Numbered from the stretch's first letter, positions 26,726 through 35,004 are shown. The stretch: DNA of 64,000 bases from Flexilinea sp. (GCA_029983925.1 JASBYO010000002.1:5937-69936); one strand, 5' to 3'. Numbers and translations: made by a program. Notes: a model not told the origin generated them from the letters alone.

Positions 26726-26753
26726 GTTGTCGGGAAGTTAATTGTCCGACAAC
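26726..26753. promoter_or_regulatory. Inverted repeat upstream of ygeY (candidate operator)
   Basis: GTTGTCGG-N12-CCGACAAC, 63-90 nt upstream of the ygeY start codon. Confidence 0.3.
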
Positions 26754-26845
26754 TTCAATTAACTCAATTTTACGCTTTTTTCAAAAATCGAAAAGGTGAC
26801 TAATGACCCTATTCTGATATGATGGTCAACTATGAGAACATCTCA

Positions 26846-26891
26846 AAAACCCGGGGGGCGAAATTTCCCGAGAAATTACCCCCGTTTTTTT
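26846..26891 (-). terminator. Bidirectional rho-independent terminator after the small membrane protein gene
   Basis: Composite hairpin CGGGGG..AAATTTC-CCGA-GAAATT..CCCCCG, flanked by an A-run and a T7 run. Confidence 0.7.
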
Positions 26892-27064
26892 CAATTCTGA
26901 CGGGATTCAACCTTCAAACCGACTTGCCGCGGCGGCGGCCCGATCCGAATACACCGCGCAACGGATTCCGACGACAACGGCTTAAACATCCGATTTACGA
27001 AGAGTTGTTGACGGACGAACGGAATAAACCCGGAGATTTCCGAACGCGCGTTAAGACTTTAGAC

Positions 27065-27358
27065 TTAATAAATAATATCTTTTCCCATCATCACAATCGG
27101 TAAAAGCAAGATCAATCCGACGACCCATGCGACCGTCTCCAGCCTTACGCCCCCGACCGTATGTTCCGCCCCGCTGCGATTAAGATGTTTCGCAAGGCAA
27201 AAATTCACCAGCGTAACCATAACATGAAAAACAACGATCGCTATATATTGTTGTTTATCTGTTTTAAAAATCCGGGGCGCATACTTGCTCAACAAAGCCA
27301 GACCGCCGAAATAATCCGCTACGACGATCAGCAATCCGTATCCTCTAAAACTTATCAT
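27065..27358 (-). CDS. Small integral membrane protein, 97 aa
   Basis: Three hydrophobic segments (GLLIVVADYFGGLALL, IAIVVFHVMVTLVNFCLA, VAWVVGLILLLPIVMM). Followed by a terminator. No recognisable family. Confidence 0.5.
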   Translation of the reverse strand: MISFRGYGLLIVVADYFGGLALLSKYAPRIFKTDKQQYIAIVVFHVMVTLVNFCLAKHLNRSGAEHTVGGVRLETVAWVVGLILLLPIVMMGKDIIY

Positions 27359-27649
27359 CGCCTACCGCTTCAACACATTGTTAATCATTTCAGTATATAC
27401 CGGTATTGTACCAACGAATTCTTTAGATTCTTCGCGTTCTGCCCGGTAATTCCGATAAATCGCTTTATACCGCAGCGATCCGCCGAAAATCTGCCCTCGC
27501 TCAATTCGGAAATACGCAAAACCGCGAAAAAAAAGCCCGGCGCCGATCGCAGGATTCCGGCCTTGCCCCGCCCGTCCGAGAAATATGATTTTTCGCAAAA
27601 TACGCCCGGATACCAACGCCTGCAAAATATTCGTTGGTATAATTTTCTC

Positions 27650-28657
27650 ATGATCATCCGTAACGCTCAGCCGCCGCAACCGATTCTCGCCATCTCGCCG
27701 CCGAGTCTCGATTTTGGGCTCGTCAACTACGCCGCCGAGCCGACGGAAGGACATGGCATTGCCACGCTGACCGTCACGAACGACGGCGACCGCATGCTCG
27801 TGGGAAGAATCGCGATTCAGGTATCCTGGGTCAGCGTTTATCCCCCCGATTTTCGCTTAAGCCCGGGTGAAAGCAGCGACCATCTTTTCACCGTCCGCCG
27901 CGTCAACCAGCTCACCTGGAATTCGGGGCATAAACTCGGCTCCGAATTCGTCGCGTTGATCAACAGCAACGGCGGATCCGAAACGATCGGCGGTTATTAC
28001 TATATCGACAATAAAGAAATCGAAAAGAAAAAATCCCCCTTTACGCGGCGTATACTCGGCGTCGTCGCGTTGGCCGTCCTGATTACGGCGGCGATTCTCT
28101 ATTTCGTCCTCTATTCAGACCGCCAGATCCTCGAAATGCGCGGCACGGAAAACGTTTCCGCGCTTTATACGCAGCTGGCGGAAACAATCCTTTCGGATAT
28201 CGCGCTGAACGAACCGACGCCGTCGCGAACCGCACCGGGAATCGTCCTCCCGATCGCGAATATCCCCGGCGGCGCTCCCAGCGGCGAAGAAGCAACCTTT
28301 ACGCCCTGGCCGCAGGCGGACTATCCGGACCCGGAATCATTCGTTCGCTCCTACTATGATACGCTGAACGCCCGGAATTATTCCCTCGCGTGGTGGATGC
28401 TGTCAGAGAAGGTCCAAATCGCCTGCTGTTACAATAAGGGCGTCAATCCCATCGATTATTTTACGACCGTTTGGAGCGAGATTTCCGATATCGAAGTCGT
28501 CTACGCCTATCTCCAGAATCCCGGAGAAAATCCTGCCGTTCTCAATATCGCTATCAATTATACGAATGAGGACGGGACAAAATCGCAATACGATTTACGC
28601 GTTGAAGTTATTTCTTCCTCAACTCAAGGAACGCTCCTGATCGACTTGATCCAGTAA
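27650..28657 (+). CDS. Single-pass membrane protein with an N-terminal Ig-like domain and a C-terminal NTF2-like domain (hypothetical)
   Basis: Start moved to the ATG at 27650, because the upstream part of the track ORF overlaps the 27065-27358 gene and looks non-coding. TM segment ILGVVALAVLITAAILYFVLY. Confidence 0.55.
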   Translation: MIIRNAQPPQPILAISPPSLDFGLVNYAAEPTEGHGIATLTVTNDGDRMLVGRIAIQVSWVSVYPPDFRLSPGESSDHLFTVRRVNQLTWNSGHKLGSEFVALINSNGGSETIGGYYYIDNKEIEKKKSPFTRRILGVVALAVLITAAILYFVLYSDRQILEMRGTENVSALYTQLAETILSDIALNEPTPSRTAPGIVLPIANIPGGAPSGEEATFTPWPQADYPDPESFVRSYYDTLNARNYSLAWWMLSEKVQIACCYNKGVNPIDYFTTVWSEISDIEVVYAYLQNPGENPAVLNIAINYTNEDGTKSQYDLRVEVISSSTQGTLLIDLIQ

Positions 28658-28730
28658 CGACGCCGCTTTCCAACGTTCAAGTCATGATAAAATCGAACTT
28701 GGAAGCTGTTAATTTTAGGAGAAAATTCAA

Positions 28731-28961
28731 ATGAAAGTCACTTTTGAAGAAGTCAAAAAAGTCGTTGTCGATGTTCTAAAAATCGACGGATCGGAAATTA
28801 CCCCCGAAACCGAGTTCATCAAGGATCTGAAAGCCGATTCAATGGATCAGTTCTTCCTAATCGACGGTTTTTCCGAAGCGTTTAATATTACGATCCCCGA
28901 TGATCAGGCGAAAGAAATCCGCTCGGTTCAGGATGTGATCGACGTTCTTGAGAAAATGTAA
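28731..28961 (+). CDS. Acyl carrier protein (orphan, not in a fab cluster)
   Basis: 76 aa, acidic, with phosphopantetheine attachment motif DLKADSMD. AGGAG RBS. Confidence 0.8.
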   Translation: MKVTFEEVKKVVVDVLKIDGSEITPETEFIKDLKADSMDQFFLIDGFSEAFNITIPDDQAKEIRSVQDVIDVLEKM

Positions 28962-28976
28962 AAAAGTCGCGAAGAA

Positions 28977-29016
28977 AAAACGGTACGCCGCGGCTTGTCC
29001 GTCCGGTACCGTTTTT
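28977..29016. terminator. Bidirectional terminator between the ACP gene and the sucD-like gene
   Basis: Stem AAAACGGTAC / GTACCGTTTT flanked by A and T runs on both strands. Confidence 0.6.
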
Positions 29017-29148
29017 GATTTTAAGTTTGGGCGTAGAAACGTTTCAAAACAACCGCGCAGCCGCAAGGCACAGACGATTATTAAATCAATCGACACACCG
29101 GCCAAAATTTACCCAAACGAAAAACGATATCCCTAAATTCTATTTCCT

Positions 29149-30027
29149 CTACGAATAACTCTCCAAAACTCGCGGAAGGTCGCGCAGCTGCCGCACGGTT
29201 CGGACGCCCATCTGTTGAAAGACAGTTTCCTTTCGCGCGACATCGCCAATCCCGCCGTCGATAAAAGCGCCCGACAAACCGAACGTCCGGCCTTTCGGAA
29301 ATTGACGCCCGGCGAAATAGGCGACGACCGGCGTCGACATCGAGAACATCACCTGCGAGGCGGCGCGTTCTTCTTCCTGTCCGCCGACGCCGCCGATTAA
29401 AACAATTTTCTTCGTATAAACGTCGGCGTCCAGCAGGGACAAAGCGTCGGCAACCGTCGTCCCCTGCAGCGTATCTCCGCCGATCCCGATACACGAACTG
29501 ACGCCGATCCCGGCATTTTTCAGCGTCTCCAGAACCGCATAGCTCAGCGTCCCGGAACGGGAGACGACGCCGACGTCCCCCGGAATCGCGCAATCAGCCG
29601 GATAAACGCCCAGAAGCGCGCTGCCCGGATTAAAAATCCCCGGGCTGTTCGGGCCGATAAAACGGGTCCCGCGCGCGTCGAAGGTGCGGCAAACCTTCGA
29701 AACGTCATGAATCGGGATCCCCTTCGTTACGCAAACGACGAGCGAAAAACTTCCCGCGTCGGCGGCTTCATAAAGCGCATCCAACGCCTGGGGCGCGGGA
29801 ACGAAAACGATCGAGGCTTTCGCCGTCGGAAAAATTTCCAGCGCCGTCTCAACGGAATCGAAGACGGGGACTTTTCCGTCCATAACCCACGTGCCGTCTG
29901 CGGTCGGAGAAACTCCGGCGACGATATTCATCCCGAATTCATACATCAAGCGCGCGTAATATTCGCCCGCCCGGCCGGTAATTCCCTGGACGATAATATC
30001 CATTTCACGATTGATCAGAATACTCAT
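29149..30027 (-). CDS. Succinyl-CoA synthetase alpha-subunit homolog lacking the catalytic histidine
   Basis: CoA-binding N-terminus MSILINREMDIIVQGITGRAG, and SRSGTLSY, GIGGD. The phospho-His motif GKRMGHAGA is replaced by GRTFGLSGA (Leu251, codon TTG at 29275-29277). Confidence 0.85.
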   Translation of the reverse strand: MSILINREMDIIVQGITGRAGEYYARLMYEFGMNIVAGVSPTADGTWVMDGKVPVFDSVETALEIFPTAKASIVFVPAPQALDALYEAADAGSFSLVVCVTKGIPIHDVSKVCRTFDARGTRFIGPNSPGIFNPGSALLGVYPADCAIPGDVGVVSRSGTLSYAVLETLKNAGIGVSSCIGIGGDTLQGTTVADALSLLDADVYTKKIVLIGGVGGQEEERAASQVMFSMSTPVVAYFAGRQFPKGRTFGLSGAFIDGGIGDVARKETVFQQMGVRTVRQLRDLPRVLESYS

Positions 30028-31172
30028 CCGGTCATCTCCTTCGTTTGCGCGACAGCGGAATTTACCGCATCCTCCAACGACGAACAGACGATAATCCCGC
30101 TGTTCTGCAGCAGGCTGTTGGCCTCCATCTTACCGTATCCGTCAAAATTGACGAAAACGGGAACGCGCCGGTCGGCTTCTTCCCATGCGCTCAACAGCCG
30201 CTTCGCGATTTCGCCGCAGGACGTCATACAGCCGTAGATATTGACAACGACCGCCTGAATCTTCTCGTCGCGGAGAAGAATCGTAAGCGCCCGGTTGGAA
30301 TGATCCGTTAGCGTCCGAGCGCCGACATCGACTAAATCGCTAACCGTTCCGCCCGCTTCAACGACGTAATCCATCGTCGCCAACGTTAACCCGGCGCCAT
30401 TCGCTAAGCAGGCGATCGACTTTTCATTTCCGAAATCAAGATAAACGAAGCCTTGCTTGAACGCTTCGAGCTCGTTTTCGCTGACGAGAATATAATTGGC
30501 GTGATCGGCGATGAACGACTGCCGAAAGAGCGCGCAGCGATCCAAAGCAATTTTCCCGTCGAGCGCGATGACGCGCTGATGCTCGGTAATTACGAGCGGG
30601 CTGAGCGCGACGTAACGCGCGTCAACCTGCGTAAAAAGCGACCACATTTGTAAACAAATATTGGTAAAGACCGATAACAGCGCCGGCGGAAATCCGGCCT
30701 GACGCGCCAAATTCCGGATCTGGTACCGCTGCAGCCCGATCAGCGGATCGATCGAAACGCTGATATCCTTTTCGTCGATCGCGTTCGCCGCCGCTTCAAT
30801 CCGTTTCTGGGCATCGGTATAAAGAATAAGCGCCGGATAGCGGGTCGCGCGGTCGATCGTCAGAACAACGAAATACTCATCCTGAATCGCGAGCGCCTCG
30901 TCGACTTGAACTTTATGGACCGGGAAACCGTCGATCCGCCCCGCCATCATCTCTGAAGAAATCGTCTCGGCCTCGACCGCAGACCGCGCGACGCGGATCC
31001 CGCCTTTCTCGCCTCGGCCTATAACCGGGATCTGCGCTTTAATAACGACCGGTTTTCCGATCTCCTCCGCGATATTTTTTACTTCGCGAGCCGACGAAGC
31101 GACTTTCCCGACCGGAACCGGTATCCCGTAACGGCGAAAAAGATTTTTAACCTGATATTCAAGCAGTTTCAC
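30024..31172 (-). CDS. Succinyl-CoA synthetase beta-subunit homolog (ATP-grasp)
   Basis: MKLLEYQVKNLFRRYGIPVP, VVIKAQIPVIGRGEKGGI, ANGAGLTLATMD. Overlaps the alpha gene by 4 nt. Confidence 0.85.
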   Translation of the reverse strand: MKLLEYQVKNLFRRYGIPVPVGKVASSAREVKNIAEEIGKPVVIKAQIPVIGRGEKGGIRVARSAVEAETISSEMMAGRIDGFPVHKVQVDEALAIQDEYFVVLTIDRATRYPALILYTDAQKRIEAAANAIDEKDISVSIDPLIGLQRYQIRNLARQAGFPPALLSVFTNICLQMWSLFTQVDARYVALSPLVITEHQRVIALDGKIALDRCALFRQSFIADHANYILVSENELEAFKQGFVYLDFGNEKSIACLANGAGLTLATMDYVVEAGGTVSDLVDVGARTLTDHSNRALTILLRDEKIQAVVVNIYGCMTSCGEIAKRLLSAWEEADRRVPVFVNFDGYGKMEANSLLQNSGIIVCSSLEDAVNSAVAQTKEMTG

Positions 31173-31297
31173 GCTCGTTCAGCCCCCTCCCTTTGAATGT
31201 AAATCCCGCTGAAAAAAAAAGTTTTACGCGATCGGAAGAATAACGGCGTCCGATCCGAAAAAACGTCCGCCGTTATTCCGCCGCGAAAATAATTTTA

Positions 31298-32362
31298 CTA
31301 ACCGTTCAGGAACGCCTCGACCGCCTCGCCGCTAATCCGGTAAGCGCTGCCAATTTTCCGCGCTTTAAGGTCGCCGGCGTTAATCGCCGCGATAATATCC
31401 TCCTCGGAAACTTTTAGGAGTTGGGCGACCTCGGCCGGAGTCATCACGGACTTAATCCCCGCTTCCGCGCCGGCGGCCGCTGACGCCGATGCCGGAGCGG
31501 GCGCCGGCTGCTGCGGCGCCGGCGGTTGAGCGAACGATTGGGTCATGAAATTTCCGAGTCCCATACCCGCGCCGATGCCCGCCGTTAATCCCGCGCCGCC
31601 GCTTGGATTTTTCGCGGCGTCGCGCAACGCGTCCGCCGCCTGAAGCTGCGTATACACGCTCATATCGAGCATACCCATCGCGCGTAATTCTTCAGCCGAT
31701 TTTTCCGACGGTTTCAAGCTGGCGATATAAAACGATTTTAGCGTCAACCCGATAGCGGCGAAATCGTCCTGAGCGCTGGCGCGGACCGCCGTCCCGATTT
31801 CCTCGACCAGGCTGATCAGTTCGAAAACGTTCTTATTCGCGGTCAGGGTACCCAAGACATCCTGAATCTTCGAAAGGAGCATCGTCCGCAAACGCGTTTC
31901 AATCGCGTCCAGCGTATAAGACGAACGCGATCCGACGATCTGGGTAATAAACTGCTGCGGATCGGCGACCTGGAAGCTGTACGTGCCGAAGCCCTGAAGG
32001 AGACTGACGCCGAGACCGACGCCGGTATTTCGGACGATAATCGGCTGGGACGTACCCCATTTCACATCAGCGAACTCACGCATCGAGACATAATATACTT
32101 CGGCCGTAAACGGCGTCCGTCCGTTAAACGCCAATCCGAGCGCGCCGGATAAAAGCGGGAAATTCGCGGTCGAAATCGTATGCCGGCCCGGGCCTAAAAC
32201 GTCCAGCGCGCGCCCGTCACGGAAAAAGACCGCTTTCTGGGACTCCCGGACAATAACCTGACTTCCAAAACGCAAATCGGCGACGCCCGTTTCCGGGAAA
32301 TGGTACGCCAATACGTTATGCATCTCATTCGGGTACTCAACTACATCAAAAATCCGTGCCAT
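31298..32362 (-). CDS. SPFH/Band-7 (COG4260, YdjI-like) domain protein fused to a C-terminal excisionase-type HTH
   Basis: N-terminus: FDVVEYPNEM...LAYHFPE...GSQVIVRESQKAVFFRDG, typical of the virion-core-like SPFH family. Then an Ala/Pro/Gly linker. C-terminus: MTPAEVAQLLKVSEEDIIAAINAGDLKARKIGSAYRI. Confidence 0.8.
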   Translation of the reverse strand: MARIFDVVEYPNEMHNVLAYHFPETGVADLRFGSQVIVRESQKAVFFRDGRALDVLGPGRHTISTANFPLLSGALGLAFNGRTPFTAEVYYVSMREFADVKWGTSQPIIVRNTGVGLGVSLLQGFGTYSFQVADPQQFITQIVGSRSSYTLDAIETRLRTMLLSKIQDVLGTLTANKNVFELISLVEEIGTAVRASAQDDFAAIGLTLKSFYIASLKPSEKSAEELRAMGMLDMSVYTQLQAADALRDAAKNPSGGAGLTAGIGAGMGLGNFMTQSFAQPPAPQQPAPAPASASAAAGAEAGIKSVMTPAEVAQLLKVSEEDIIAAINAGDLKARKIGSAYRISGEAVEAFLNG

Positions 32363-32413
32363 ATCTCTGCCTTTCTAACGCTCCCGCCGACGGGAGTTTT
32401 TATTTGTATCCGA

Positions 32414-32938
32414 TCAGGAATTGACAGTTCCCTGAATTACTTCGGAACGGCGGTTAAACGCGGTTACCAGCTCCGTCGCGACCGTCGTCAATTCGCGGAT
32501 TGCCTGATCGAGCTCGGTTTCCGCGCCGCCGGCCTCGATCGTATCTAACCGCTTCGCGACCTCGTCAACCAATCCATACAAATACAAATCATAGTCATAC
32601 AGCTGGTTCAGCGCAACTTCGTCAACCTTGATCGCGTCCATTAACCCGGCGTAACCGTACGACGCCGTCCTGATCCGATCGATAAACTGGCGAATTTTCA
32701 GCGCTGGCGATTCGAGATCGCCCATCGGTCCCAACGCGCCCGCTTTCAGGAGCTGACGCTGAACGCTGCTGATTCGCGCCCATTGATCCTCTAAACGTTT
32801 GGCGATCGTTTCGCGAACAATTTTATCCGTCGTCCGACGATCTTCTTTTTCTTTATATCCTTTTACGCCCGGGATTTTTTCGATGAATTTTTCGAATCCG
32901 CCCTTGCCCGCCGAAACGATGTCATTCAGGTTTTCCAT
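32414..32938 (-). CDS. Hypothetical helical protein, 174 aa, likely co-transcribed with the SPFH-HTH gene
   Basis: ORF 51 nt upstream of the SPFH gene on the same strand. Charged, heptad-like composition. No family recognised. Confidence 0.6.
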   Translation of the reverse strand: MENLNDIVSAGKGGFEKFIEKIPGVKGYKEKEDRRTTDKIVRETIAKRLEDQWARISSVQRQLLKAGALGPMGDLESPALKIRQFIDRIRTASYGYAGLMDAIKVDEVALNQLYDYDLYLYGLVDEVAKRLDTIEAGGAETELDQAIRELTTVATELVTAFNRRSEVIQGTVNS

Positions 32939-33065
32939 GCTTTCTCCTTGAAGGTTAACTCGTCGGAAACCGACGCTTTCATACCGTAAATTCTACCGTA
33001 TTTCCAAACAATTTCGCTCGATTCGCTCCAATCGGGCAAAGATCGCTCCGCTTCGGGTTTCCGCT

Positions 33066-34289
33066 CTAACCGTCGGGGGCTTTCCCGTCCCGAACCGTCA
33101 AGCGCAAATTCAGAATCTGGCCGAAATCGAGTCCGTCCGGCGCGCTGAGGCGGAACTGCGCCGCGTAAGATCCGGGCGTTTCAGGCGCCGTAAACGGCAG
33201 CGAAACGGTCGTTACCGCGCCCGGCCCGACTTCTTCTAACGGAACGATTGAAAAAGCCGGCGCGTCAGTTATCGGGACGAGGACCGTTCCGTTTGTCCAT
33301 GCGCAGCTCCCGATATTCATCAAACGCCAACGTTTTTCCAACGCCGCGCCGGGATCGACTTCATCCGCGCCCTCCGTCAGCGTTTCATCGCCTAAAAAAC
33401 GCGCCGCATAAGCGCAGTCGCGGCTCCGGTAAACGTCGCTCAACGGTACCGCGCGCGAAAAATCCTGGGGCAACGCGGCGAAGCGCGCCTCCCGCAGCTG
33501 CGCGTCGGCGATTTTCTGCGCCGTTCCGTCGGAGCTCATCAGCGTTAGGATCCGGTTTATTTCCGGAATAAGCGTCGAACCTTTCCGCGCCGCGAACGCG
33601 AAACGGACGTTCAGCCAGTCGGACTGAATCCAGAGATACGCGCCGCTCAGCTCATAACGCCGCTTATAAATATTTTCCGTCGTCAAGAAATAATCGATCT
33701 CGCCCCAATTCAGCGCCTCGACCGCTTCTTCCCGGCTGTCAAAATAACAGACCTGGTCCGGCGCTATCCTTCCCGAACCGATCCAGTATGAACGGACAAA
33801 CTGCTCCGGGACTGTTCCGCGCTGAACGCCGAGCCGGATCCAGCTTAGATCTTCAAAACGGAAAGCCGTACCGTCCAGCCCGCCCGGGAGCCCCATCAGA
33901 CCGAATTCACCTTGATAATAAACCGTCGAATAATCCAAGATTTCCGTCAAACCGGCTTCAACCGGGAGCGCGCCGCCGATCAGGTCGACCTGACCCGCAA
34001 GAAGCGAATCGACCAGCCCGGCGTAAGCGATCTCGACGATCTCGACCGACGTACCGATCCCGTCCGCGAACGCTTCCGCCAGCTCGATATCGATCCCTTG
34101 CGCCGTTCCGTCGCTTCCGGGATAAGCGAACGGCGAAAAATTCGATGCAACGCCGACGTAGAGAATCTGATTCTGGCGGACGTTGCGAAGATGATCCGCG
34201 AAAACCGGCCGAACGGGAAGAAAAAACGCTATGAACGAAAACGCAATACAGATAACGCCGAGACCGAAACGTCCGAAAAGCCGAATCAT
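33066..34289 (-). CDS. Membrane-anchored family-3 solute-binding domain fused to an NBR1/FW-like Ig domain
   Basis: N-terminal anchor. SBP_bac_3 pattern (ILYVGVASNFSPFAY...GIDIELAEAFA...AGQVDLIGGAL). C-terminus: RWRLMNIGSCAWTNGTVLVPI...GSYAAQFRL. Confidence 0.75.
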   Translation of the reverse strand: MIRLFGRFGLGVICIAFSFIAFFLPVRPVFADHLRNVRQNQILYVGVASNFSPFAYPGSDGTAQGIDIELAEAFADGIGTSVEIVEIAYAGLVDSLLAGQVDLIGGALPVEAGLTEILDYSTVYYQGEFGLMGLPGGLDGTAFRFEDLSWIRLGVQRGTVPEQFVRSYWIGSGRIAPDQVCYFDSREEAVEALNWGEIDYFLTTENIYKRRYELSGAYLWIQSDWLNVRFAFAARKGSTLIPEINRILTLMSSDGTAQKIADAQLREARFAALPQDFSRAVPLSDVYRSRDCAYAARFLGDETLTEGADEVDPGAALEKRWRLMNIGSCAWTNGTVLVPITDAPAFSIVPLEEVGPGAVTTVSLPFTAPETPGSYAAQFRLSAPDGLDFGQILNLRLTVRDGKAPDG

Positions 34290-34456
34290 GCGGATTTCCC
34301 CCTTTCCACCGGAAATTTCTATTTTAAAAAATTATATCAGATCGCCGGGAGGTTTTATCCTTCCGCCGCCGTCCGTAAAACGCGTCCGGAAGCTGCCGAC
34401 GCGATGATAGAATTAGGTTCAAACAGACGGAGCCGATCCGTCTCACGGGAGGAAAT

Positions 34457-34951
34457 ATGACCAAGACGCCTATACCCGCCGGAGCCGAACCCGACTTTCG
34501 GTCAACCCAAGCAGGCGTATTAAAAGAAGCGGGCGGCTGCGTCGAGCTCAGCGCCAATATCGACGACCAGCCCGCCGAAACGCTGGCGTTCGCGCTGAGC
34601 CGCGCCCTCGACGCCGGCGCGCTCGACGCCTGGTTTACGCCGATCCAAATGAAAAAGAACCGCCCCGCCGTGACGTTTACCGTCCTGGCGCGGAAGGAAG
34701 ACGAGACGCGTCTCGCCGAATTGATCTTGCGCGAAACGTCGACGCTCGGCGTCCGCGTAAAGGAATGCGTTCGATACGTCGCCGGCCGCGACTGCGTCCG
34801 CCGGGAGACGCGCTTCGGTACGGTCCGGTTCAAGCGAAAAATCCTGAACGGGAAAATCGTCTCGGAACGTCCCGAATACGACGATCTCGAACGGATCGCG
34901 CGCGAAACCGGGCTTTCGATCGGCGAAATCCTGAACGAATTAACGGAATAA
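34457..34951 (+). CDS. Stand-alone LarC C-terminal domain (LarC2-like, DUF111 C-terminal part)
   Basis: VELSANIDDQPAETLAFALSRALDAGALDAWFTPIQMKKNRPAVTFTVL...ETSTLGVRV...PEYDDLERIA matches the C-terminal third of the nickel-insertion protein LarC. GGGAGGA RBS. No LarC N-terminal coding sequence upstream. Confidence 0.7.
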   Translation: MTKTPIPAGAEPDFRSTQAGVLKEAGGCVELSANIDDQPAETLAFALSRALDAGALDAWFTPIQMKKNRPAVTFTVLARKEDETRLAELILRETSTLGVRVKECVRYVAGRDCVRRETRFGTVRFKRKILNGKIVSERPEYDDLERIARETGLSIGEILNELTE

Positions 34952-35004
34952 CGCGGCGCTATCGGCAGCCATTCAGAGCGTTAAATACGGAATGCGCCGA
35001 GGCA

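Noticed and set aside
26819-27103. 94-aa plus-strand ORF upstream of ygeY
   Set aside because: It spans a strong bidirectional terminator hairpin and overlaps the end of the 27065-27358 gene. Basic, low-complexity sequence.
28948-29136. 62-aa Lys/Arg-rich ORF after the ACP gene
   Set aside because: It is made largely of the terminator hairpin and flanking A/T runs, and has no RBS.
31173-31297. 11-bp inverted repeat GAATAACGGCG / CGCCGTTATTC as a terminator of the SPFH-HTH gene
   Set aside because: The 23-nt loop and the lack of a U-tract on the relevant strand make the function unclear, so I did not list it as a feature.
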